64,000 bases of DNA from positions 122,701 through 186,700 of the forward strand of contig DF237070.1 in assembly GCA_000708835.1 (NCBI GenBank), read 5' to 3'. The first letter of the stretch is position 1. Each line of letters opens with the position of its first letter. Origin of the DNA: Klebsormidium nitens (lineage: Eukaryota > Plantae > Klebsormidiophyceae). Of this stretch, positions 23,978 through 36,300 are shown piece by piece. Position numbers and translations under genes: made by a program. Below the pieces are notes generated by a model. The model saw nothing but the letters and a program-made list of their open reading frames with translations. It made no database searches and was not told where the DNA came from.

Positions 23978-25826
23978 AGTATGTAGGTTTTGCTGATTAG
24001 CGTCCGCTCTTTCACGAGTATTAAATAAGCAAAAGAATGTTTACGCAGGACCGGTTCTTAATCTGATAGCCTGTCTTCATTAGTTTGTACTCACCACTCG
24101 CGTGTGGCAGAGTATCTGCTTCGACGGGCGTACTTTGAGGAGGAGCAGTGAGGGATACCGTCATAGTCTGTGGGGAAGATTACGTGATGGAGGATGTTGT
24201 GTCCAAAGCTTGGAATGGCAAGGAAGACCGAAGGTAATGGTAGCCGGTCTGGTGTCGGTGCCTTCTCCTCTTTCGAACAGATGCATGTGTTCGAATGTTT
24301 AGTAGAATTCCGAGTTTGTGCGCCAAGTAAGTAGATCGGCCTGCCCTATGTTATTCATCACATGGTAGGGCCGTCGGTGAAGTACGGATTCGCCATCATG
24401 ATCATGGAAGGTATGCACGGGCAGGGAATGTGGTCGGGCCGGTCTCGGAGGAGCCCATTGGACATCCATGCAACCGTCCAAACGACTAGGCTACAGGCAC
24501 CATAATTTAACATGCATGCCGCAACCCGGCAGCTGCATGCCGCGTTTAATGCACCACATGGCTATTTCAGTGGTTCACTCTTCGATTGTATTGCTGATTA
24601 TCATGCATGGATTGATGAATCAGCAATTTGCGGGTAGGATCTGATCAAGTCAATCCTCAATAAAGCCTTCCGCGGACGGTGGTCGTACATAGCACGATTT
24701 TTTTCGTTCAGCTCACTCTATATACGATGGATTTGGGCCACTGCTAGAGTCAGACCGTCCAGCTCTACAGCTCCATTTTCCCATATATTTAACTCTGAAA
24801 CGTTGAGCTTGGCTAAAAGACAAAAGATCAAAAGGGCTTTGGCTAAATCATGTGCGCGCAGACAAATACTCACTTCGCGTGGATGCCCAACTTCAGCTCC
24901 GGGCCAGGACTCTTGCAACGAACTTCTAACGGCTCACTCATGATACATCGCGATCAATGCATCGGTCGATTATCCCCATCCGTGTCGATACCCGAACTGT
25001 GCAGGACGGTTCTTATCAAAGTCGGCCCCGTGATGTCATTGATTGTCATTTCATCTGCAACTCTTCAAGGATCGCGGTGTTCGTATCAATGCTGGCAGCT
25101 AGATCGACCCCTCTCTGGCCGTCGCCAGCATATCGACCAATGGCGGCTTCCCGGCCTCACCTATGATTGCTAGACTCTGTTTACATGAAGGTTCTACACA
25201 TGTATACGCATGCGAATACTTATGAGCACACTCATGTTGGCATCATGCTGAACGGTCAAGTTTTTGGATTTGCAGGGTCACCAATTGTAGGGCAGTGCGG
25301 CTTGCGCATATCTCTCGCGGGTCAAGGCTATCTTCAACCGGAGCTCTCTGAGCTTCGCTTCGGACTGCACAGAAACGATTAAAGATAAAGGTTCAGAAGC
25401 TCGAAGTGACACCTTGATAGATGGACAGCTTCAGTTGCCAAAGTCGGCCGATGACAGCCCAATTCTAATGCAGTCGAATCTTCGACCGGCCATCTTGCGT
25501 ACAGAATAGACCGTGGCTCGCTCAACCAAATAAAAACTACGTGGACTTGCAACGCTGGCCGACGACGTGGCTCCTTCAAGGCAGCCAAGCAACGCGATCG
25601 ATTCAAACGTCAAGTATGTGCAAACGGAAGGTTTTTGGAAGTGATCTTCACGTGGAGTTCTTACTTCGTCTTCTCAAAAACTGGACCGGAGCAGGCAAGA
25701 GAAGCGGCTTGGCTCAACGTTGACAAAGGAGACTGAAGAGCTCAATTGCGGGCTTCTTTTAATCGCTTTCCTATCCTTTCCTTTTATTTGAAGCGGGCTG
25801 AGCATTCGAGATCGTGAAGGCCTACC

Positions 25827-26969
25827 TCAAGCACCGTTCTTTCCCGCTCTCGTAGTTCTCTGGTCTGCAGCCGTCTCAAAGTGGAGGATGTCTGCAAATC
25901 GGGAGCGGCAGATTCGTACGGGGCACTGGAGTATTACTTGAGCAGGACACACATTGAGCCGTCGATCCAGCTCGATCAGGTAAGGAAAAAATATTGGAAG
26001 AAGGAAGCCAGCTTTTCGTTGAAAAGAGAGGTCAGCTACCAACTGTATGCATGTTGAGTCGACTCGAAGGATCTTGCGGAGGTCCAATCGAGCTAGATAC
26101 TGGGCATGTGGCTCTCCGAGCTTTGCCTGAAACGTTATAATTACAGATAAGCAACATAGAAATGGTAGTTTGGTTTCATTTAGAGGTGCATTAAGACGAT
26201 TTATCCTACCAGTCCGAGATAAGACGAAGGACATGCACATCAGCCTTGGATTTCCCTCTTTGAAGAGGTCACACAGGGTCACAGCCTTTCTATGCGACAG
26301 TGATGTTTGATAGGCAATGGGAAGCATCTGCAACATCGATATTACGTCAGTTCAGAGACAAAGTGATGGCTTTTGGGTTTGCAGCGTCAACATCCAAAGC
26401 AGTATACAGGGATGTATGCGCGTATTATTCAAGGGTAGAGCCAACATAAATCGGAAACACAAAAGGCCACTTGAAGTGACCCCTCACCAAGTCACAGTAG
26501 CACTCTGCTTAGAGAAGGACTCTTGGGAACACCATTGTATCAATGCTTTGATTCTCACCGCAACGGCTTCTTTTAAAGTAGCCTTCAAGCTTTCGTCTGA
26601 CCACTTCCGTGCCCCATTGTAGAAACGAATGACGTCACCCCGTTGACCACATACTTTAGCCATTGGCAGGTCAATATCCTCAGCTGGCAAAACCAGGGCT
26701 TCCACCTTCAGGGCCAGATTCCTCTCATCCTCTATCAGACGTTGAACGTTTTCAAGTTTGAGCTGCAGGGCTTCTTCGAGCCTCTCACACTCCTGAAGAA
26801 CTGCCGTGTGTTCTGCATGACGCTTCTCCTCTGCAAGCAGTTGTTTCTGAAGCTGCTTTTGCAGCTGGTATGCCTCGCGTCGGCCCTCCTCAATACTTTG
26901 AAAGCAGCAATGCCTCCAAGAGGAGTGCATGTTTTGGGAGGCCTCAGAGAGAACGTTCTGAAAGCTCAC
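25827..26969 (-). CDS. Hypothetical coiled-coil protein, exon structure unresolved
   Basis: ORF 26969-26484 has a coiled-coil-like stretch (EAYQLQKQLQKQLLAEEKRH...LKLENVQRLIEDE) ending near a GTGAGG donor. A possible downstream exon (AKLGEPHAQYLARLDLRK) follows. No family recognised. Confidence 0.35.
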
Positions 26970-27378
26970 TGTTCCGACAACGTACTGTTACAGAAAAACT
27001 GGAAGGACAATGGCTGTGATACAAGCGGTCACATGCCGGGTCGCATGTCTGCAGCTTCAAGCTCAATGGTCAACGATTGGAGCTCGGGGTCCGTGGTATC
27101 TAGTGGTCAATCTTCTGCCAAACCAAGGCGCCTTTTAACCTCTGATCTCGTTCTGATCTTTGGTTGCTTGATTTTCACCTTTTGAGGTTTCTAAGCTGCC
27201 TGGCAATCCGCCTCAAATAAGTACCCTGATCGTACAGCGCATGCGCACAATGCTACGCGCCAATCGCCTGCAACAGGGCGAAGCAAAGGCGCAGCTAGAA
27301 CTTGAAGTTGAAGCAACTTCAAGCGCAGCTCAGGTGGTGTTGGCGAAACCCTAAAATCATCCGAGCAGTACTTGATTC

Positions 27379-28351
27379 ATGCAAGGTCACAAAGAGAAGG
27401 TACGGAAGGTACGTATCGCAGATATCGATTCTTCGTCAGGAGCTGACTACATGGGGTGTCAAGAATCGGTAGAATACGGTTCCTGGTTTCTGTACGGGCG
27501 CCTCAGTGTCCGGGGCGCCCTGCCAGGTGTCATGCCCGTTCCTCGTCTGCATGCACAGGTCTGCCATCCTTCGTCTTCCTCCTTCCTCCCGGCCCTCCAT
27601 CCAATTTCAATTTGCAGTTGCCAGCAATTCAAGAACGCCTCAATTTCCACCAACTTCAAGAGGGTCCTCCTCTGCGCCATTAATTAATCAGCGCTCTGAT
27701 TTTTACCAGTGTGCGCTGTATAAGCGCAAGAAGCAGCAGATTGAGGAGCTCAACAAGCGCACACTTGTTGAGGCATTCACCGCCATCTCTTCTCTCCTCA
27801 CTTCAATCAATCTGTCAAGTGTTGGAAGTACATGCGGGAGTTGTATTGCCACTATATTCTTAGTCACACGAGTTTAGCAGTCCCAACACTCCCGCTGATG
27901 AGCTCGGTGTGCTGAGATTTACCCTCAAAAAAGCAGAGAGAAAAAAGGGATCAAGCTGGCGAGCGCGACCCTGACCAGGGCTGCTGAGGGCCTGCGCGCT
28001 GGATTTCAGATCCTGAGAGAGCCTGCTCATACTAAAGTTCCTTCTGTTCGCTTGTTCGGCGTGGACGCAAAGCCTGCTGGCCACCGGACCAAGAAGATAA
28101 CAGCTTACCAAAGAATGGCCAACGGATCCCCTGCGGAAGTTGCGTCCAAGTATGCGGCTGCCAAGGCAGCCAAAGTGGATCCTAAGAAGGCAAGACGAAT
28201 CCTTGTAAATACTCGATGTGCGTCAAAGCAGAAATTATGGGCTGCCCAAAGGCCATCTGGATTGGTGTCGGTGAAGATGCAGGTTTGTGTGTTGCATCTG
28301 GGACCTGGCGTTCATTGTCAGCAATGCTCACCCACTCTGCCTGGCAAGTAG
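27379..28351 (+). pseudogene. Degenerate or hypothetical gene with RLFGV and bZIP-basic-like motifs
   Basis: Exon-like piece after an AG (CALYKRKKQQIEELNKRTL) and a frame reading VRLFGVD...VDPKKARRILVNTRCASKQK. Apparent frameshift in a poly-A run at ~27940. Telo-box AAACCCTA at ~27346. Confidence 0.3.
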
Positions 28352-28704
28352 TAGATCACACGTATTATCGAGATTACTCATGATAAGCTTAAGTTATAGC
28401 AGTGGGACGGGTTGCGTTCCTAATGGTTTTTAGGGTGGGCATGGGTGCGGGGCAGGTGAATTCCCAGTATCAGGTTCTTCGATGTAGCTCCGTGCTCATA
28501 CAATTTGAAATAGTCTAAAGAATCATGTGGAGTGTCATGGTGGTGGTGTAGTCTGCAAGCTTGACCCTCTAGAGTGCCGCAATAGGTCCGGTCCTGCTTG
28601 AGGTCATTCATCCTCCACTGTTGTGCATGATTGTTATGCATACATTATATCTGTGCTTGAGATGCCTGGAGGATTGTCACACTGGGGTGATTGTGCTCAT
28701 ACAG

Positions 28705-31700
28705 GTCGGTTTTGAGCGACCAGAGATGCATTCCATCCCGCTGGCCGGCACTGTCAAGTTCTACGAGCAGCACGTGTTCCTGACGGCGGGGGATGGAAAG
28801 AAGTGGCCTGCCAAAGTCGAGAAGTCAACCTCAACAGGGCTGCCTGCAAAACTTGCTGCAGCGGTCAGCCAGCATGCGGGGGCAAAGAAGGTACTCCCAT
28901 CTGTTCCCACTTTCTTTGCAAGCTAAAAAGGTTTCCCCTATGTCAATAATCCGTTCTTGGGTTTTTGAAAAGTGTTGAACCGAAATGTTACGACCGCCCA
29001 AGCTCATCTGCAACCACCTAGCACCATCTAGCATCATCTAGAGCAACAGACAACACGAGTCCGTTATGGTCACAGTAGGGCCTCGTATCCGTAGCACATA
29101 CTTCTACAGGTTCCAGAGCTGCACACGTTGATCCCATCTTTGTCTCCCTCTGCAGACAAACTTCATGCTCTGCGACTCCAGCGATGGTGCGGAAGGGGAC
29201 GTGCTGGTGTTCCCCAACATGGTCAAGTACAGGTATGATTGCAAATCTGGGCGCCCTTCTTAGCGGCTGGAATGATGCTCTATTGCTGTTGCGGTCAATG
29301 CCGTGATTCATTACGCTTAAAGGTCTGGGCCTGTCAGGCCCCATCAAAGGAGATTCAGGCAGACTCATGGCGGCAAGAGAATCCCTAGGACCCCCTTGGG
29401 ACATCACCCCATGGCATCAACGGCTAAGTCTTATAGTCTCCTTCAACGTGGACGGTGGATCCGGCATTGTATCGAAAGGGGCTCTTCAGGACTTTATCGG
29501 AATCTTCAGTCCATGTTCCCCATCATATGGTTCGGCACCTCCTGAGGCGCAGGTTCTGCTTTATCCGCGCCTCTTAATGCTTTCTGTGGCCTCCAATGCT
29601 CTGCTTCAGACCACCGACTAGCTTGTTCTTAGGACCTTCGACCGCTCGTCACTTGTCCATAATTTCAGCATACATAGCCATGCTTTATCCCAATTCGTCT
29701 TAGAGAGAGATTCCCTCGAGTCGCTGACATCATCCTGCTGCGCACCATTCAGGTTGCAGCCCTCCGACGACGTCGCCGCCTTTGTCAAGAGCGCCCTGAG
29801 TCTTGACGGAGAAATCACCACTCCCAGCGAGCCAATCACAGGCAGCCACGTGTTCATATGCACGCACAACAGCAGGGACGCCCGGTGTGGGTACTGCGGC
29901 CCGCTCCTAGTTGCAGCGTTCAAGGAAGCGGCCAAAGAGAAGGGCCTGGCGGAGTCCGTTCACATTCGGGGGTGTTCGCACACAGGGGGACATAAGTATG
30001 CGGGCAACGTGATCATTTACAGGGAGCGGGAGGGGAAGGTCGAGGGGGACTGGTGAGCCTCTATTGAGCTTGCACTTGAGTGCACCCTCGATCAGAAATG
30101 GTACTGGACCAGGGGAAGTGATCTGAGAAGACAGTTTTTAGACGATCAAAACCTGTCTGCCAATCGCTGCTTTCACTTCTAGCGCTTGCCACTGCTGCAT
30201 ATTCCCATACCTGGCGATCTGCGCACTGAATTGTGGTGTTGAGGCGTTAAAACGGTAGATGCTCCCAGAAAGCGACTCTTGTCAAGGGGAGTACGCCATC
30301 ATTTAGATGGCGTGCACAAAGCAATTGGCAGAAACGCCTTCGCTCTTTGGAGAAGTTGACAGATCGGAAGGAGCTGCTCTTCTTGACATGCAGTTTGCCA
30401 TGAAGTGCAGCGACAGTCACGCTTCTATTCTTCAAGCGGCGTACTCCCCGTGAGAGCGTTATTTCCGCCTCTCTGTCGCTTATGAGTACACAGCCGCTGT
30501 CATTCTCATATCTAAGCGCTTGTAGTTACTTGCTCTGATGAGACCGTTCACCAAGGCCTTAAGCTTTTCCTGTTAAAACGTTCTCAGCGGAACGATTGGC
30601 ATTGAAACATACAAATGCAGTTGACGAGTGTGGATGACCGCCACACGTCGCTCCTCCTATAGCCACTGCGGGGCAGCTCGTCAGACGTGACAATTCACTC
30701 ACTTTTCCGTCCACATCAGCTCTGTGCTTCCTCTCGCCAAACAGGCACGGCTGTGCGTCTCCTGCTTTCTGCGCCTTCGCCTTCGCTTTCAAGCAATTGC
30801 CTGATGACATCATCTCTCTTTTTCCCTTGCTCCCAGGTCCGATGCTGCGTCCCCTGCTGACGTCACCACTTGTTCTCCTTCGTTTCCCAGGTACGGCTAC
30901 GTGTCCCCCGCTGACGTCACGATGCTCCTGGAGCAGCATATCCAGGGGGGCAAGATCGTGGAGACGCTGTGGCGCGGCCGCATGGTCCTCGCGGAGGTGC
31001 TCCTCGCAGAGTTCACGTCATTGCTTGCTGACATCACCACTCCTTCGGTTTACAGGTACGGATACGTGTCCCCGGCTGACGTCACCACCCTCCTGGAGCA
31101 GCACATCCAGGGGGGAAAGATTGTGGAGAAGCTGTGGCGTGGCCGCATGGGCCTCACGGAGGAACAGCAGAAGGCGGTGCTGAAACGGGTGGCCGCGAGC
31201 CGGGAGGCGGAGCCGAGCGGGACCGCCGGAGGGACGTGCGAGGGGTGCGACTGCGGCAAGGCGGAGGGCAAGGTGAGGGGGTGATCGAATTCGCTTTGGA
31301 ATAATAAAGCACTCTTTTCGATCTGATCATCAGATTGGATTTGATTCCCAGACTGGGCAGCTTGGTGCAGGTTTTCGCATATGTATCGGGGTCAAATTGT
31401 TTTGCCGAACGTCAGCGAAGATTCTGATAAGCCGCCGGCGAACCATGCAGGCGAACTCGCGTTGGTTCGGGTGGCTGAAGCGTTGATCGGAGAAACTCGG
31501 GCCTGAGGTTGTGAGTCGGATCTGCTATACTTCGCTCACATCGCATAGAGCAACTTCGTGGCTTCTCATCAACGGTGTCCGAAAGGCTGGAAGGCTTGCC
31601 AGATTCGTAGATTTTTTGGCTATTCTCTTGCGGATGGGTTTGGCTGCTCAGGAGCATCATATTCTCTTTGATCGCGGATGCCGTAGCCAAGCGCCGATCA

Positions 31701-32350
31701 TGAACTTGGTGGTCTCTTGCGGCGCGTTATTTATTATTATGCTTTGGGTGGATCTCGAAGCGCGGGTTGCAAGCCTCTTATGACGGAAGGCCTCTTGCAG
31801 GGCCAGTAAGTTCCGCAGGTGACAATAGCCAGTCTTTGTCTGTCGCCGTTTCTTGACCTGGAGGGCTGCAGTCCGATTGCGTGGTGCTGTTATCAGGTTG
31901 CAATTCAACCTACTTCGAGAAGTTTTTGACATCTCATCGAGAAAGTGACGATTGCATGCTCGTGCGGCCAGCTGTCGACTTGCGCAACTTTTTCTTCTCG
32001 ACCACCAACCAATGGACATTGGAGCGGTAGTGGATCCAATAGGTTGCGGTCTCCCTATTTTTCCACAGATGGAAGCGACGCCGAATGGATTCCAGTACGT
32101 CCCCGCAAAGGCAAACCTTGCTGACCCATTTACAAGCGACTACGCTTCAACCACCATCGCTGGGGGCCCGGCTCTCATCAAGTCGGAGGGTGGAAGCCCC
32201 CCTCAGTCCGATGAAGGGGCAGCATCGTCCCAATGGATGCCGTCTTGGGTGCAGAAACTAGAGCGGAAAGATGTTGTCATGGGGGCGGCAGTGGTGGTCG
32301 CAGCGGGGGTATTGATTCTGTGGTTCAACTCGCAGCGGCGAGCGGCGTAA
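28705..32350 (+). CDS. Sucrase/ferredoxin-like (thioredoxin-like 2Fe-2S, Apd1/Aim32 family) protein with C-terminal membrane anchor; first exon not resolved
   Basis: Exons 28705-28890, 29156-29232, 29753-30052, 31056-31272 and 32069-32350, phase-consistent. Motifs LAGTVKFYEQHVFL, VFICTHNSRDARCGYCGP, CSHTGGHKYAGNVIIY and WYGYVSPADV. Tail MPSWVQKLERKDVVMGAAVVVAAGVLILWF resembles plant family members. A candidate start exon ATGGGTGCGGGGCAG|GT lies at 28441-28455 (uncertain). Confidence 0.9.
30830..31150 (+). repeat. Three tandem copies of the acceptor and exon start YGYVSPADV
   Basis: cag|gtccgatgctgcgtcccctgctgacgtcac (30838), cag|gtacggctacgtgtcccccgctgacgtcac (30891) and cag|gtacggatacgtgtccccggctgacgtcac (31056). 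Confidence 0.9.
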
Positions 32351-33338
32351 GTGGTAGAGTCGAGGATGATCATATGTGGACCTTAAAATTTCAATCCCCT
32401 AAATGGCACGCAATAACCGAAAACAAATAGCAAATGACAACAAACATTGATTATTCTGTTTTGAGTTCTTTGATTGTCATATTAAGTCATTGGAAAGGTC
32501 AATAGTCCTTGGCTGAACATCATTGGAAAACCTGCATTTTTGTCCATGACTTGCCTACCTCCCAAAGGTGCCGAAGTGGTGAAGGTGGCGGCCATTTGAT
32601 CCAAAGCCTAGCGTCTGATCATATGCTAGCATGCGTACATCCCAACAACGTGCCGGCCACAATCTCCCACCTTATCCAGATTTCATGCACCATCATGATC
32701 AGATCATCATGCATGAGAAAGAATTATCATCGGTTGCAAACCACTGCAGCGGCGGCCACCGTTCTGGCCGGCAGGCCGGCCGCCCGCCGCTGGGCCGCCG
32801 CTACCGGATCCCTGACATGAGACTGTATCGGCGGCGCCCCCACCTCTAGTTGCACTGACATCAGCGTTCAGAAGTTTCCCCGGTTGCTTCTCATGGCTTC
32901 GCCGCGCGACCGGGGTAGCGCGTGACGCAGGCTGTCAGGTCTGCAATGCGGCCCGAGTCACTCTGTCAAAAGCGCCCTGCTGCTTCTCACTCACGAGTCA
33001 CTGCACGACTCGTGCATGTTGAAATGGTCCATGGCAGCACTCCAGCTAGCACGTTCGAGCAGGTTCCTCAGGCTGGGTGCATGCCGGGCTGCATTCAGGG
33101 CCCGGGCCATTCAGGAATGGCAATTCCGTGATGGATTCGCCTGCCACTGTGGAAGATGAGTACGTATGTGGGACCCTGGAGCTGAGGAGAAGAAAGCTTT
33201 CGCATGCACGATGACCATGGCACCTCAACGTTGACCTGGTAGCTCATCAGGAAGGCAGAAGCCCGCGAACAGAGTCCCGAGAATAGATTGCTGAGGATCG
33301 TTGAATCGTTGGGAGGCCCTTGATCAGCTGCCGCGCTA

Positions 33339-36300
33339 ATGTCATTGAAGCAGGCTTGCTGCCGCTTGCCTCAGAAGGGCACGTTGCTCAAGCTAGCGAA
33401 TAGGCGTCCAGGCGAGCCGTTCGTTTTTGGGGGCCTCTATCGAGGCGTAGATCTAAATTGTACGGAGCAAAGGTCAATTGGGATTACAGCTCAATCAATC
33501 AAGAGGTCTGGGACTCTCGGAGGTTTGCAAAAGTTCGGGTCATTAGCAAGGCGCCACCATAGCACCGAAGGCCTGCGTGTAGCTCGGGCTTATTTGCACA
33601 CAATGGCAGAAGAGAACGGCCAGGCGGGAGAGGGGCCTGCGGTGGCCGGTGAAAGTAAGCCCAAGCTGACGATAGATATCGTGTCTGACACGATGTGTCC
33701 CTGGTGCTTTGTGGGCAAGAAGAACCTGGAGAAAGCAATGGCGCTGAGCAAAGTGAGTTCCCTTATCAGGCCCCCTGGCGATGTGCGAGCAGGCACTTTT
33801 TCTTATGCAGCATCTTTCTGCCAGTGGTTGACGTGCGAAACGTGCTTCCGTTGATTAATCAGGGAAATCCAGATGCGTTGTTCCCTGTTGAAGTGGTGGA
33901 AGTTTGAAAAGGACGGCTCTTTCATTCCGAGTATGTTTTGGCTCAACTTTGCTGCTTGCAGTTGTTTTCACAGCTTTCATTCCAGCAGCCCCTTTCGAAA
34001 AACAATCTTAGCTCCTTTTTCCCGGCGCAATTGCGGCGACTACGCACTTTGCGGCGACTATGCACTTGGCAATGCGTGAGGACGTGGTGTTGAGCCGACG
34101 ACTGCTCCTTATTGAGCCCCCCTGGCGGTCTGATGTGCGAGCAGGCACTTTTTCTTATCCAGCAGCTTTCTGACGGTGGTTGACATGCGAAACGTGCTTC
34201 CGCCAATTAATCAGCGAAATTCAGACGTGTGATCTCCTGTTGAAGTGGTGGAAGTTTGAAAAGGACGGCTCTTTCATTCCAAATATGTATTGGCGCAACT
34301 TTGCTGCTTGCAGTTGTTTTCACAGCTTTGTTTCCAGCAGCCCATTTGGAATAACAATCTTAGCTCCTTTTTCCCAGCGCATGAAGCAATTGCGGCGACA
34401 ATGCACTTGGCAATGCGTGCGCACGTGGTGTTGAGCCGATGATTGCTCCGTAGACTCTGCTGTTGCTCCAAACAACTATAAGCAGCCTTCAGTCAGTGCC
34501 CCGCCCCGAATCAAAAGCAAGTGCAATCTACGAGTCTGAATGTAAGTCATGAAGTGGCTGTAGTGTCCAGCATCATGTGATGTGGGAAGGCCCTTTTATT
34601 AGACGATTGAGTCCTTCCAAGAGAGCCCTGGCGTTGAACCGATCCTAGAAAGCTCTGGCAACATGGGGCAGGCACAAGTGTTGTGGGGTGTTCTCGTTGA
34701 CCCCCCCCCCCTGCTGCTTTATCTCTCCTTGAAAGAAGGCAGCCTGCTCTCTCTTAAGCCCCCTTCGTACCATTTTCCTTGTTTCGGCTGGCCCCCCCGG
34801 CCCCTAATTAGACTCTGCTAATGTGGCCGCCTTAGGCTATCTAGTGTCCTATCTGATGCCACTCAATGTTTGGCCTGCTTCTCTTCCTGTGCAAGTAAAA
34901 TGCCTTTTTCGGCCCCCCCGACTTGTATTCCTTTTCTGCTGCCCCAATGACATCGCTTGTCATGCCTTGAGTGTGCCCCCCTCTCCATCCATCTTATCCT
35001 CTTCATTGCACACCCTGCAGCTTTCCCATTGTTTGGTGGGAGAGCCATGTCATCCGGTAGCTGCCTTGATATGTGTTCTGTTCCTCATTTGCCTTACTCA
35101 CAGATACTCCTTTTCCATCATGGTCCCCTGGCTCCTTGTTCAGACCTTTCTTGCCTGAGCCCCTGTGCTTTTGGCAGCAAGCGACGGGGAGAGCTACATA
35201 GGCAGAAATTGAGCTCCTTTCGTTTTGCTCTTATGTGGCAGTTGTGGGGCTCTGGCAGCATGCACTTCGTGGGGGACCTTGCCTGATCAAATCCTGAGCT
35301 TGGGCATGATTTCTGAGGGACAGTCAGGTTACGTGCACGTCGCAGCAAGAGTTCGATGAGTTTGATGCAAAACGTTTCCACATGTTTTAGTCATGTCTTT
35401 CTTGGGGGACCATGCTTCCTGGACCTTTGAGATACAGGACCGTGCAGTAGTTTCCAATGAACAAATGCTAAGGAGCCAAGTTTTGGGGAACGAGATGCTC
35501 ATATCAGTCTTTGCAAGTCATGCTTGGCTTTTATTTTGTTACTGACAAATGCGGAGGCATCCCATTCCGCAAATCCATCTCCTTTCTTCTGCTTTGATTC
35601 TAGCAGTCGTTTGAATCAGTCATAGAATCAGAGTGAATCAGCTCGACACTGTTCAAAGTCGGGGCATTCGGTTTGGTTAACATGCCTTTTTTTTTGCACA
35701 AAGCAGATTTAAACCCCGTCCAACCCCGTCGATGCTTCTTCGCTCTTGAACTGCTACACGCGCCCTTCGAACCTTCTTGTTTTCCTCAGGACAAGTACGA
35801 CTTCGAAGTCATATGGCGGCCGTTCCAGCTGAACCCAGATGCCGCAAAGGAGGGCAAGAACAAGCGCAATTACTACCGGCAAAAGTTTGGCGAGGCCAAG
35901 ACGAAGATGATCATTGAGCGGATGACGCAAGTAAGCTTGTTGAGATTTCCTAATGGAAGTCGAGGGATCAGAGTCGGGGACTTCGAACCTAGCTTGACGA
36001 GGCGCAGATGGTTGCGACTACTTACAGAGAGTCTGGCTTTGAAAGGAGTCTGCTGTGTGGAATGTTCAGTCCTTTCAGCAGAATGAGGCTGTTGGTAAAA
36101 TGTCAGGAAGACTCTCGTTGCTGGATTGGTTCCCTCTGAAAGGGCCTTTTGGTGTTTCTCCAATACCAGCGTCCTCGCTGGCCAATGTATATGACTTGCA
36201 GATATTCAATGTTCGACATCTTGGTTTGACAGTGCTATGCTATGCGATGTTGTGTGGATACCCTACTGCAAGATTCAACAAAGAGATTACTAGTAACGAG

